NCBI GenBank assembly: GCA_013336525.1
Contig: JAAXTM010000008.1
Coordinates: 37,459-101,458, forward strand
Direction: 5' to 3'
DNA from: Geobacteraceae bacterium
GTDB lineage: Bacteria; Desulfobacterota; Desulfuromonadia; Geobacterales; Pseudopelobacteraceae
Length of the DNA stretch: 64,000 nt
Translations under genes and position numbers: made by a program
Part shown: piece by piece, positions 41,232 through 49,080 of the stretch
Numbering within the stretch: the stretch's first letter is position 1
Layout of the letters: the number at the start of each line of letters is the position of its first letter
Notes under the pieces: generated by a model
What the model was told of the DNA's origin: nothing
Database searches by the model: none
What the model saw: only the letters and a program-made list of their open reading frames with translations

Positions 41232-41260
41232 AAAAAACGCCCTGAGAATGACAGGGCGTT
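41232..41260 (-). terminator. canonical intrinsic terminator 30 nt upstream of the hisI start
   Basis: On the minus strand: AACGCCCTG-tcattct-CAGGGCGTT followed by TTTTTCTTT. Confidence 0.75.
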
Positions 41261-41498
41261 TTGAGTAATGGCCGCAGTACAGGGACTTGCCGAATGAAAA
41301 GCAGGGTTCATGTACCACAAAATTAAATATTTGTCAAAACCTGATTGTTATTGCAACAGGGAGTCCGTCTCTTTAAAGGAGGCTCCCAGTTTTTCCGTTA
41401 TCTTTCTTTGGAAGCCTGACCCCCGTTATCTTTCAGATATGACATTTTACCCTCCGATGTTCATTGCGGCGTACCGTACTTGAATCGGCAAAATGCAA

Positions 41499-41531
41499 AC
41501 AGGCCAACCACATTAAATGGTCGGCCTGTTT
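41499..41531 (-). terminator. terminator-like hairpin after the CAT tRNA
   Basis: On the minus strand: ACAGGCCGACC-atttaatgt-GGTTGGCCTGT (one mismatch) followed by TTGCATTTT, starting 8 nt after the tRNA 3' end. Confidence 0.6.
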
Positions 41532-41538
41532 TGTTAAA

Positions 41539-41615
41539 TGGTGGCTGTGCAGAGATTTGAACTCCGGACCTAGCGAATATGAGTCGCTTGCTCTAGCCAA
41601 CTGAGCTACACAGCC
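41539..41615 (-). tRNA. tRNA with CAT anticodon, elongator type (Met, or Ile2 if lysidine-modified)
   Basis: The reverse complement is GGCTGTGTAGCTCAGTTGGCTAGAGCAAGCGACTCATATTCGCTAGGTCCGGAGTTCAAATCTCTGCACAGCCACCA. It folds as a cloverleaf with a G1-C72 pair, anticodon loop CTCATAT and an encoded CCA. Confidence 0.9.
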
Positions 41616-41619
41616 ATTT

Positions 41620-41656
41620 GAAAACGCCCCTCAGGTTGGTGATGCCAAAGGGGCGT
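41620..41656 (-). terminator. intrinsic terminator after the MMPL gene (end of the lipid operon)
   Basis: On the minus strand: ACGCCCCT-ttggcatcaccaacctg-AGGGGCGT followed by TTTTC. It abuts the 5' end of the tRNA. Confidence 0.6.
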
Positions 41657-41765
41657 GGATAAATCTGCTTACGATAATAACGTCCGCTTAAATAGCATGC
41701 CCTCCATGCCATGTCAACCATATTTCCTATGTTTGTCAAATTTGGTCCGGATGAATTCGCTGTTT

Positions 41766-44294
41766 TTAGCTTGGAGAGCAGCGCTTTATAAACACGACAA
41801 TCACCGCCGGTATTGTCACCAGCGCAAACAGGGCGGTAAAGCCGATCCCGAAATTAGTGGCCCAGCCGATGGATGCGAGTGCCGGGTAATCAGCAAGCGC
41901 CAGGGAACCGAAACCGGCGATAGTGGTTAGTGCCGACAGCAGTACCGCCCGTCCGGCCTGGACAAAGCGATCCTCTCTCCCTTGCGGGTCATCGGCGATA
42001 ATGCGGTGCCTGATGTGCAGGCCATAGTCGCTCCCCATTCCTACTATCGTCACCAGCACCATGGCATTCATGAAATTAAGCCCCATACCGAACAGCGCCA
42101 TGATCCCCAGCATAGCCAGCGATCCGGCAACAACCGGGAACATTGCGAAGAATATTCCGCCCGGAGATTCAAAGTGGGATAATAACAGGAACAGCACCAG
42201 CAGGCCGCCAATCAGGAAACCATAAAGAAAGCTCTGCTTGACCGAAGCGGCTAACTGTTCGCTGACTAGGTCAACATTCGTTACACGTGCCGTGGGGTCT
42301 ATACTGGTCAGTACGTGCAGAAAGGCGTTCCGGTCGAAGCCGGCTTCCTTGTAGTACAGAAACAGCAGTGCGTGATATCCGTTCGCATCCTTGATCAGAT
42401 GGCGGTCTGCCACACCCCGCAGTGGCGAGGCCTTCAGCCGGGCGATTGCCTCTTCCTCCGGCACCGGTGCCAGTGCGCTACCGTCGGAGAGTGCAGCAAT
42501 GAATGGCTGAAACGGACCGGGCTCAAACCCCTGGCTGAGAAGTGCACTTTTCAGCTCCGCCACAGGCAAGCCGCTACCGGTCATGTTTGAGATGTCCCGG
42601 CTGATATCAATCTGCCGGTCTCTGTTATTGATTATTTGCCCCAGCGAGGACCAACTGCTGATGCTCCCTTTTTTCTGCCAACTTCCGGCCAATTCGTCCA
42701 CATGTGACGCACGCCGCAGGACCTCGGACAAATCTTTCCCCTCGACCGCAATCAACAGCTGTTTCGGTGCAAGATTCAGGTGCCGCTCGATCTTACCCTG
42801 GGCCAGAAATGCCTCGGAGTGGCGCGGCTGCAGATTTTTCAGCTCGCCGTCGAAAAACGTTCGAGTGGATGCGGCGGCCATGCAGAGGAACGCAACAAGT
42901 GAGACCGCCAGAACCGTTCTGGGGAAGCGTCCGGTCAGACGCCAGACGTGGTGGAGTCCAAGCCCAGGTATTGGCCGGTAGCTGGCGGAAAAGCGCCTCT
43001 CCATATAAACCAGTAGCGGCGGGAGGAAGAAAAATGTTGTATAGAGCGAAAACAGTACTCCCAGTCCGACGAGCAGACCCAGTTCGTACAGTGCGCGCAC
43101 ATCGGATACCATCAGGGCAAAAAACGGCACCGCCGTGGTGGCGGCAGCGGTAAAAAGACTGTGGCCAGTATCTACCACTGCCAGATACAGCGCATCATTG
43201 CCGGTTTTTCCTGCGGCCCGCTCTGTGTGGAAACGGTCGTAGAGATGGATCGAGTAGTCCGTTCCGAGGCCGATGATCAGTGCCATAAAGGCAAAGGATA
43301 TGATGTGGATTGAGGGGAGTATTGTTCCGGCGACACCCAATGCCAAAGCCACGCCGACCGCTATGATAAGTGGCAGAAGCAGTGTGGGGAGAATGCGGCG
43401 GTAGACTGCGTAGAATAAGGCAAGCACCACCGCCAGCGAGGAGAGGATACAGGCGATGATGTTGGACTTCATCGCCGCTTCATCCAGTACCGCACTGATA
43501 TGGGCACCGGCACAGGAGATGGAAGCTGACGACCCTAGTCGCGCCTGGTTTATGGTCGTCACCAGCGCGCGGGCAAAGGCCATATCCTGCACCGGGCGGG
43601 CCGGTACGGCAATCATGATCAGTACCTTGCCATCCCGTGACAGAAAGTAGGGGGAATCCGGGTCCAGGTCGAGCGCCTGACTGCCGGCTTTAAGTCGTGG
43701 CAGGATCAGGTCCCGCAGGTATAGAGGGTCGGCGCTGGATAGACCGGTCATGGCCCCGCCGAATTGCCCGGCAAGGTCGGTCTGGATACGGCGCAGGGAG
43801 TCGTTCACTGAAGCTGACGCAAAACGCTGCACCAGTCCGGGGACATCTTCCGGCCCGATAAACAGTTGCGGATGGGTCACTGCATAGGCGATAAAAGAGT
43901 TGAAAGAGGCGGCTTCGCTGCCGTCAAAAACCCTCCAGGTGATGCGGAGAAAGGCCGGCTTTCCGTCCACTTGTGCTGTGCGTAGCCGTTCGGCAAAGCG
44001 CTCTGCCTCGCGGGGAAGCGCATCCTTCTCCCCCTCCAGCAGAAAATAGGCTTCATTAGCGCTGCCGGTCCACTGCAGTGAATCGAGCAGGAGTTTAAGA
44101 GCCGGTTGGCGTGTCGGGAAGAGCTGGAAAATATCGGCGTCGAAACGGGTTGTTGAGATAACGGCTACAGAGAACAGTAGCGCGAAAAAAAAGGTACTCA
44201 ACACTGTGCGAGGTCTGGTTGTGGTGGTCAGAAAGATCCATTCCAGGTGCCGGCGGGTAAGCGAATTGAACTTGGAAGTCAGTTTGCTAAACAT
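41766..44294 (-). CDS. MMPL/RND-superfamily lipid exporter
   Basis: 842 aa with two 6-TM bundles, each preceded by a large loop. The repeated motifs GTDYSIHLYDRF and GSDYGLHIRHR are typical of MMPL/HpnN-type transporters. Confidence 0.85.
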   Translation of the reverse strand: MFSKLTSKFNSLTRRHLEWIFLTTTTRPRTVLSTFFFALLFSVAVISTTRFDADIFQLFPTRQPALKLLLDSLQWTGSANEAYFLLEGEKDALPREAERFAERLRTAQVDGKPAFLRITWRVFDGSEAASFNSFIAYAVTHPQLFIGPEDVPGLVQRFASASVNDSLRRIQTDLAGQFGGAMTGLSSADPLYLRDLILPRLKAGSQALDLDPDSPYFLSRDGKVLIMIAVPARPVQDMAFARALVTTINQARLGSSASISCAGAHISAVLDEAAMKSNIIACILSSLAVVLALFYAVYRRILPTLLLPLIIAVGVALALGVAGTILPSIHIISFAFMALIIGLGTDYSIHLYDRFHTERAAGKTGNDALYLAVVDTGHSLFTAAATTAVPFFALMVSDVRALYELGLLVGLGVLFSLYTTFFFLPPLLVYMERRFSASYRPIPGLGLHHVWRLTGRFPRTVLAVSLVAFLCMAAASTRTFFDGELKNLQPRHSEAFLAQGKIERHLNLAPKQLLIAVEGKDLSEVLRRASHVDELAGSWQKKGSISSWSSLGQIINNRDRQIDISRDISNMTGSGLPVAELKSALLSQGFEPGPFQPFIAALSDGSALAPVPEEEAIARLKASPLRGVADRHLIKDANGYHALLFLYYKEAGFDRNAFLHVLTSIDPTARVTNVDLVSEQLAASVKQSFLYGFLIGGLLVLFLLLSHFESPGGIFFAMFPVVAGSLAMLGIMALFGMGLNFMNAMVLVTIVGMGSDYGLHIRHRIIADDPQGREDRFVQAGRAVLLSALTTIAGFGSLALADYPALASIGWATNFGIGFTALFALVTIPAVIVVFIKRCSPS

Positions 44295-44299
44295 GTAAT

Positions 44300-45001
44300 C
44301 TACAGCCCCTTGATGGCGGATAGCGGAACGATCGTCAATCCGTCGAGACGCGGGACAAATACGGCATCATCAAGAGTTGTGTTGATTTCCGGTTCGTCAA
44401 GAGTGATGCGAATACGGTCGTCGCGAATATTGCGGAGATCGAGCTCCATTGCAACCGGGACTCCGTTGATGGCGGAATATCTGCTGTAATTTACATGGTC
44501 GCCGGTTGGAGACTCTTTGGAGGTGATCAGGCCATTTTCAAAGGTCACCTTTTCAGAAAAACCCAGCTTGCCGCTGCGTTCCACTGTCCCGCTCAACGGT
44601 TGCCCTTCAAGCGGGTCGGCATCCATCACCCAGCGCATCATGCGCCACCCCTGCAAGCCCCCTTTGTCTGGCAGTTCGTCGAAACCGCCCACATAGGCGG
44701 TTGACTTGGAAGGGTAAATCAGTGTGATGCGATCTCCCACGGCAAAGGCCTCCATCATGGTTGTACCGAAGGGTGACAACACTACCAGGTGGAGCTGATC
44801 GGGGCGACGGTAGACCAGATAGCCGCTGCCGCTCATGCCGCTGTCCGAGGTATGGATCGAGAGGGATACGGCAGTCGAAAGTGTATTGACAACGGCACCT
44901 GGACGGTAGTCGATCGGTTTAGTCGCAAGTGTGGCGCAGGCGCTGAGGAGCAGCATCGGGAGCAGATGTTTTAATAATCGATATATCGTCATGGTGTGCA
45001 C
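44300..45001 (-). CDS. lipoprotein of unknown function (occupies the position of the DUF3261-type lipoprotein in APE clusters)
   Basis: 233 aa with lipobox LLLSAC. It sits between the LolA-like and MMPL genes. The family assignment is inference only. Confidence 0.6.
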   Translation of the reverse strand: MHTMTIYRLLKHLLPMLLLSACATLATKPIDYRPGAVVNTLSTAVSLSIHTSDSGMSGSGYLVYRRPDQLHLVVLSPFGTTMMEAFAVGDRITLIYPSKSTAYVGGFDELPDKGGLQGWRMMRWVMDADPLEGQPLSGTVERSGKLGFSEKVTFENGLITSKESPTGDHVNYSRYSAINGVPVAMELDLRNIRDDRIRITLDEPEINTTLDDAVFVPRLDGLTIVPLSAIKGL

Positions 45002-45016
45002 TTTCCTTCCTAAAAA

Positions 45017-45640
45017 CTATTCCAACCGGAAATCCTTTTCAGTCAGTCCGATGTTGCGCCGTAACTTTTTCAAAATCATGGTTGCCCGGTCGCCGTTCTG
45101 TTCGTTGATGACCAACCGCCTGACCGTACCGTCCGCCAGAAAAACAATGGAAATGTCCTTGACCTGTCCTTTACCCGGAGGGGTTATAGTGATTGTATAC
45201 ACTGAATTGGTCAGGTCGGCCTGTAGTGCTACTCCGTCAGGTAGTGACGTTACCGGTGTTGCCAGCTTTAAGAACCATTGTTTCAGCCCCTGTTCCGGCG
45301 GCAGCGCGATTCTTGAGGAAGGCTTGTCCCTGCCGGAAGCCTGTTCGATGATGTTGTCATGCAGCAGCATGCGACCGCTGAAGGGCGGGTTTATCTCCAT
45401 AAAAAACAGATCGGGTTTTTTAAAGCGAAGTGAGCCGTTCATCACCATCGTCCGTTTCATCAACGAGAGCCGTTTCTCCTGGGTGATTTCGGCGGTAAAG
45501 TCAGAAATACCTGCAAAACCCCGGCGCAAGGCCTCCAGTCCTTCAACAGGAGAGATTGCACGGGCCTGGCAGGGGGAGCTGCTCAGCAGGAGTGCCAACA
45601 GCAGCAGAAAGAATACATGAGCCTGTTTCATCACTTTCAA
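45017..45640 (-). CDS. LolA-like outer-membrane lipoprotein carrier family protein
   Basis: 207 aa with a signal peptide. ...ISDFTAEITQEKRLSLMKRTMVMNGSLRFKKPDLFFMEI... matches the LolA-fold N-terminal pattern. Confidence 0.75.
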   Translation of the reverse strand: MKVMKQAHVFFLLLLALLLSSSPCQARAISPVEGLEALRRGFAGISDFTAEITQEKRLSLMKRTMVMNGSLRFKKPDLFFMEINPPFSGRMLLHDNIIEQASGRDKPSSRIALPPEQGLKQWFLKLATPVTSLPDGVALQADLTNSVYTITITPPGKGQVKDISIVFLADGTVRRLVINEQNGDRATMILKKLRRNIGLTEKDFRLE

Positions 45641-46158
45641 AGTTTACCTACTCCCAAGGTCAGCTGCACGGAGAGTAGTTGGCCCGCGCCGCTGGTGACA
45701 TTTCCTTCAATTATGAACAGGCGCCCGAATGATTTTATCACCTTGGCTGAAATAGTCAGGATGTCTCCAGCAACTGCCGGAGCTGAAAATTCGGCGTGAT
45801 CGATGGCCGCAATAAAACCGCCTTCCACCTCCGCCTGAGCGACAACAATACCGGCTAACTGGGCAACGGATTCGATCATGAAAATCTGGGGAAAACCATG
45901 GTTGCCGGTCACACCGGTTACGGCAACCGCTTGTGCGCCCTGTACCAGTGTAGTAATCCGGTCAAGAAACAGAAAGGGGTAACGGTGGGGCAGATAGTGT
46001 GCCGGATCGGGATTAAACAGGGTCGCCTCCGTTGAACCGGATGGCGAAGTAGGGCCCCTCTGGTGAGGCGGCCAGATGCAGACCGGTCTGGCCAGGCTGA
46101 AGCAAGGCCAGCAATGCCGCCATGGAAGTGCCTCCCATGGCCAGCGAGCTGCCGGCAA
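45637..46158 (-). CDS. FabA/FabZ-like 3-hydroxyacyl-ACP dehydratase (hotdog fold)
   Basis: LPHRYPFLFLDRI...GNHGFPQIFMIESVAQLAG. The only in-frame ATG/GTG/TTG upstream of the conserved core is the TTG at 46158, which overlaps the upstream gene by 146 nt. The true start is uncertain. Confidence 0.75.
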   Translation of the reverse strand: MPAARWPWEALPWRHCWPCFSLARPVCIWPPHQRGPTSPSGSTEATLFNPDPAHYLPHRYPFLFLDRITTLVQGAQAVAVTGVTGNHGFPQIFMIESVAQLAGIVVAQAEVEGGFIAAIDHAEFSAPAVAGDILTISAKVIKSFGRLFIIEGNVTSGAGQLLSVQLTLGVGKL

Positions 46159-47056
46159 CGCGCCCCGTATCTATCGGAGGAATCCCGCTGACACGCTCCA
46201 TGAGCGCCGGAAGGGAGGTTGTCGTACCGGAAAGTGAAACCTGTGCAGGGGGAGCAAAGCCATTCATGAGCATGTCAACCCCTTCCCGTTCCTGGCCGGG
46301 GAGGAGCAGGCCGACCGTACGGATGGAACCAATCCGCCCCATGACCCTTGCACCACGGCCGGCGGCGTGTTCGGCACTCTCCAATACGAGTATGCCGCAC
46401 CCTTCACCAAATGTTTTCGCGTAACGCCGTAACTGACCGGTGGCAGCAAAACCGGAGATCATCAAAGGGAGCAGTTCATCGACTCCGCCTGTCAACATGA
46501 TGTCGGCCCGTCCCTCACTGATGAAGCGGCAGGCCATCATAAAGGCTGATTCCGCCGAGCAGAATCGCTGTACCTGGGTGACGTTCGGCCCTTTCAGGCC
46601 ATGTTCGATAGAGGCGTTGCTGGCTGGTGCATTGGATACTGTGTTGGGGAACAGCATCGGGGAAATCCCCTCCACTCCACCGGTAAAATAGCCGCTCAGA
46701 AAATCAGCGGAATTGGCAACGCCGCCAAAGCCGCAGCCAAGAGCAATGCCGATCCGTTCAGCTGGTAGGGTGTTCTTGTCAACGCCGGCGCTCTTGAGGG
46801 CCAGTCCTGCGGCAACTACGGCAAACTGGCTGCAGCGATCCAGTTTGCGTGCCTTCAGGGGGGGGATGAAGTCGGTCGCTTTGAACCCGAGCGCCTTGCC
46901 CCAACTCCCGCCACTTCCTCCGTTATATTCGGCCGGAATCGGTGTCAGGGCATCCCGTCCGGAACTGATCAACTCCAGAAGCGGTTCAATTCCGATACCG
47001 GCGGGAGTTACCGCTGAAAAGCCGGAAATAACGATATTGGTCAGGGGAACGTTCAT
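46013..47056 (-). CDS. beta-ketoacyl synthase-like partner subunit (chain-length-factor-like)
   Basis: 347 aa with a thiolase fold. A Cys is retained (QRFCSAES), but the two catalytic His positions read VSLSGTTTS and GRVAGSSLAMGG, i.e. no His. The gene overlaps its neighbours by 4 nt. Confidence 0.8.
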   Translation of the reverse strand: MNVPLTNIVISGFSAVTPAGIGIEPLLELISSGRDALTPIPAEYNGGSGGSWGKALGFKATDFIPPLKARKLDRCSQFAVVAAGLALKSAGVDKNTLPAERIGIALGCGFGGVANSADFLSGYFTGGVEGISPMLFPNTVSNAPASNASIEHGLKGPNVTQVQRFCSAESAFMMACRFISEGRADIMLTGGVDELLPLMISGFAATGQLRRYAKTFGEGCGILVLESAEHAAGRGARVMGRIGSIRTVGLLLPGQEREGVDMLMNGFAPPAQVSLSGTTTSLPALMERVSGIPPIDTGRVAGSSLAMGGTSMAALLALLQPGQTGLHLAASPEGPYFAIRFNGGDPV

Positions 47057-48258
47057 AGTGCCAGCACCAGTGAAGTGATATTACCGCCAAAGGCAAATGA
47101 GTTGGAGATCGCTATGCGGCAGTCGGTTGGACGTTGTCCCTCATGGCAATAATCCAGATCACATTCCGGATCGCTGCCGCGGAAGTTGAGGGTTTGAGGG
47201 ATGATCCGCTGGTTGAGGGCAATTACCGTTGCCAAAGCCTCAATGGCACCGGCCGCACCGAGGCAGTGGCCGGTCATGGCTTTGGTTGATACCAGCGGCA
47301 CATCGGCAGCATGATTGCCAAAGACGAGTTTCATTGCATTTGACTCCACTACGTCGTTAAGCGGAGTGCCGGTGCCGTGGGCATTAACCCAACCGACCTG
47401 TCCGGTTTCTAACCCGGCTGAAAGTAGCGCTTCCCGCATTACCCGTGCGGCGGTAACACCGGACGGTTCCGGTGCAGTCATATGCCAGGCCTCGCCGGCA
47501 ATGGCATATCCGAGTATCTCCCCATAGATTTTGGCTCCTCGCGCACGGGCCTCATCTTCATCTTCCAGCACCAGGCAGGCGGCACCTTCGCCGAGTGAAA
47601 TACCCTGGCGCCCGAGACTGAAAGGTGAGCAGGGTTCTGTATCGATCACCTTCAGGGAGTTGAACCCGGCGAAGGTGAGCAGGGAAAGGGTGTCGCTGCC
47701 ACCAACCAGTACGGCTTTCTGCTGACCGGTGGCAATCAGGTCCGCCCCCCAGCCGATGGCGGTAGCTGAAGACGAGCAGGCGGTTGTAACGCTTCCCTGA
47801 TAGCCGGCCAGGCCAAAAGTTTTGGCAAGCACTGTTGTGGTGGTGTCCGGCAGAATCCCCCGCAAAAGGTCGGGCGAGGCATTTTGACCGGCAAGTCGGG
47901 ATTTCAGCCACTGTTCGGCCTGGAACATGCCGGCGGCCCCGGCTCCCATGGAAACGCCCATCTCATACGCTGAATAACTGCCGCTGATTCCGCTGTCGGT
48001 GAGTGCTTCTCCGGCGGCGATCACGGCAAACTGGTCGGCCCGTGAAAGTTTTCGGGCCGTAGTTTTATCAAAATAGTTCCGTGGCTCATAATTTTTGACC
48101 TGGCAGCCGATCCTGGAGGGAAAGGGGGCTACGTCAAACAGGTCAAGTGGACCTATGCCGCTGACGCCGTTCAGCAGGGCATCGGTGAATGCCGGTACAT
48201 TTGTGCCGGAACCGCTGAAAACTCCCAGGCCGGTTATGACAACACGCCGCTTTTTCAT
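47053..48258 (-). CDS. beta-ketoacyl-ACP synthase (FabF/KAS II type)
   Basis: 401 aa; active-site TTACSSSATAIG, NAHGTGTPLND and TGHCLGAAGAIE give an intact Cys-His-His triad. Confidence 0.9.
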   Translation of the reverse strand: MKKRRVVITGLGVFSGSGTNVPAFTDALLNGVSGIGPLDLFDVAPFPSRIGCQVKNYEPRNYFDKTTARKLSRADQFAVIAAGEALTDSGISGSYSAYEMGVSMGAGAAGMFQAEQWLKSRLAGQNASPDLLRGILPDTTTTVLAKTFGLAGYQGSVTTACSSSATAIGWGADLIATGQQKAVLVGGSDTLSLLTFAGFNSLKVIDTEPCSPFSLGRQGISLGEGAACLVLEDEDEARARGAKIYGEILGYAIAGEAWHMTAPEPSGVTAARVMREALLSAGLETGQVGWVNAHGTGTPLNDVVESNAMKLVFGNHAADVPLVSTKAMTGHCLGAAGAIEALATVIALNQRIIPQTLNFRGSDPECDLDYCHEGQRPTDCRIAISNSFAFGGNITSLVLAL

Positions 48259-48998
48259 CAGACGATTCCGCCGTCAACTATCAGTGATTGGCCGGTGATA
48301 TAGGAAGCACGCTCAGAGCCCAGGAATAATGCCGCTTCGGCAACTTCTTCCGGGGTGCCGAGGCGACCCAGAGACGAACTCTTTACGATTCTTTCTACGA
48401 TGTCCTGCTTCAGACCCACCGTCATGTCGGTGCTGATAAGGCCGGCAACCAGGGCGTTAACCCTGATTCCCATCGGCCCCAACTCACGGGAAAGCGATTT
48501 GGTGAAGCTGATTGCAGCCCCTTTGGAGGCGGCGTAGTTGGTCTGGCCGGCAGTCCCGGTAAGGGCGGAAACGGAGGAAATATTGATAATGGAGCCGCTG
48601 CGGCGTGCCAGCATCTTGCGCACCCCCCACTTGCAGCAGTGAAAGAGAGGATTCAGGTTGGTACGGATCACACTGTCCCAGTCATCTTCGGCCATCATGG
48701 CCAGAAAACCGTCCTTCACGATCCCGGCGTTGTTGACAAGTACATCGATATGCCCGGCAGACAGCGAGGCGGAGTTGATGACGCTTTGTGCTCCATTTGA
48801 TGTGCTGACATCGCCCTTGATAACAACGATAGAACCTGGCAGGTCGGCAGAATCAGCAACAAGAGAGGAGGCTGTCTCATCATTGCTCAGGTAAGCGGCA
48901 AAAACCTGCGCGCCATGGCGGGCAAAAGCCAGGGATATGGCTCGTCCGATACCGCGGGTACCACCGGTGACAACTACAATTTTATCTCTGAATTCCAT
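48258..48998 (-). CDS. 3-oxoacyl-ACP reductase (SDR, FabG-like)
   Basis: 246 aa; TGGTRGIGRAI, NNAG, and the NYAASKGA YxxxK motif. Confidence 0.9.
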   Translation of the reverse strand: MEFRDKIVVVTGGTRGIGRAISLAFARHGAQVFAAYLSNDETASSLVADSADLPGSIVVIKGDVSTSNGAQSVINSASLSAGHIDVLVNNAGIVKDGFLAMMAEDDWDSVIRTNLNPLFHCCKWGVRKMLARRSGSIINISSVSALTGTAGQTNYAASKGAAISFTKSLSRELGPMGIRVNALVAGLISTDMTVGLKQDIVERIVKSSSLGRLGTPEEVAEAALFLGSERASYITGQSLIVDGGIV

Positions 48999-49080
48999 TC
49001 AGACTCCGTGGAGGTTTCTAAAGGGATTATTATTACCGATTTACGGGAAAAAAGTCCAGTGGGTAGGCGTAATTGCAGGA

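Noticed and set aside
41262-41498. A histidine attenuator leader peptide upstream of hisI.
   Set aside because: The only Shine-Dalgarno-preceded mini-ORF (MSYLKDNGGQASKER) has no His codons, and no run of CAC/CAT exists on the minus strand here.
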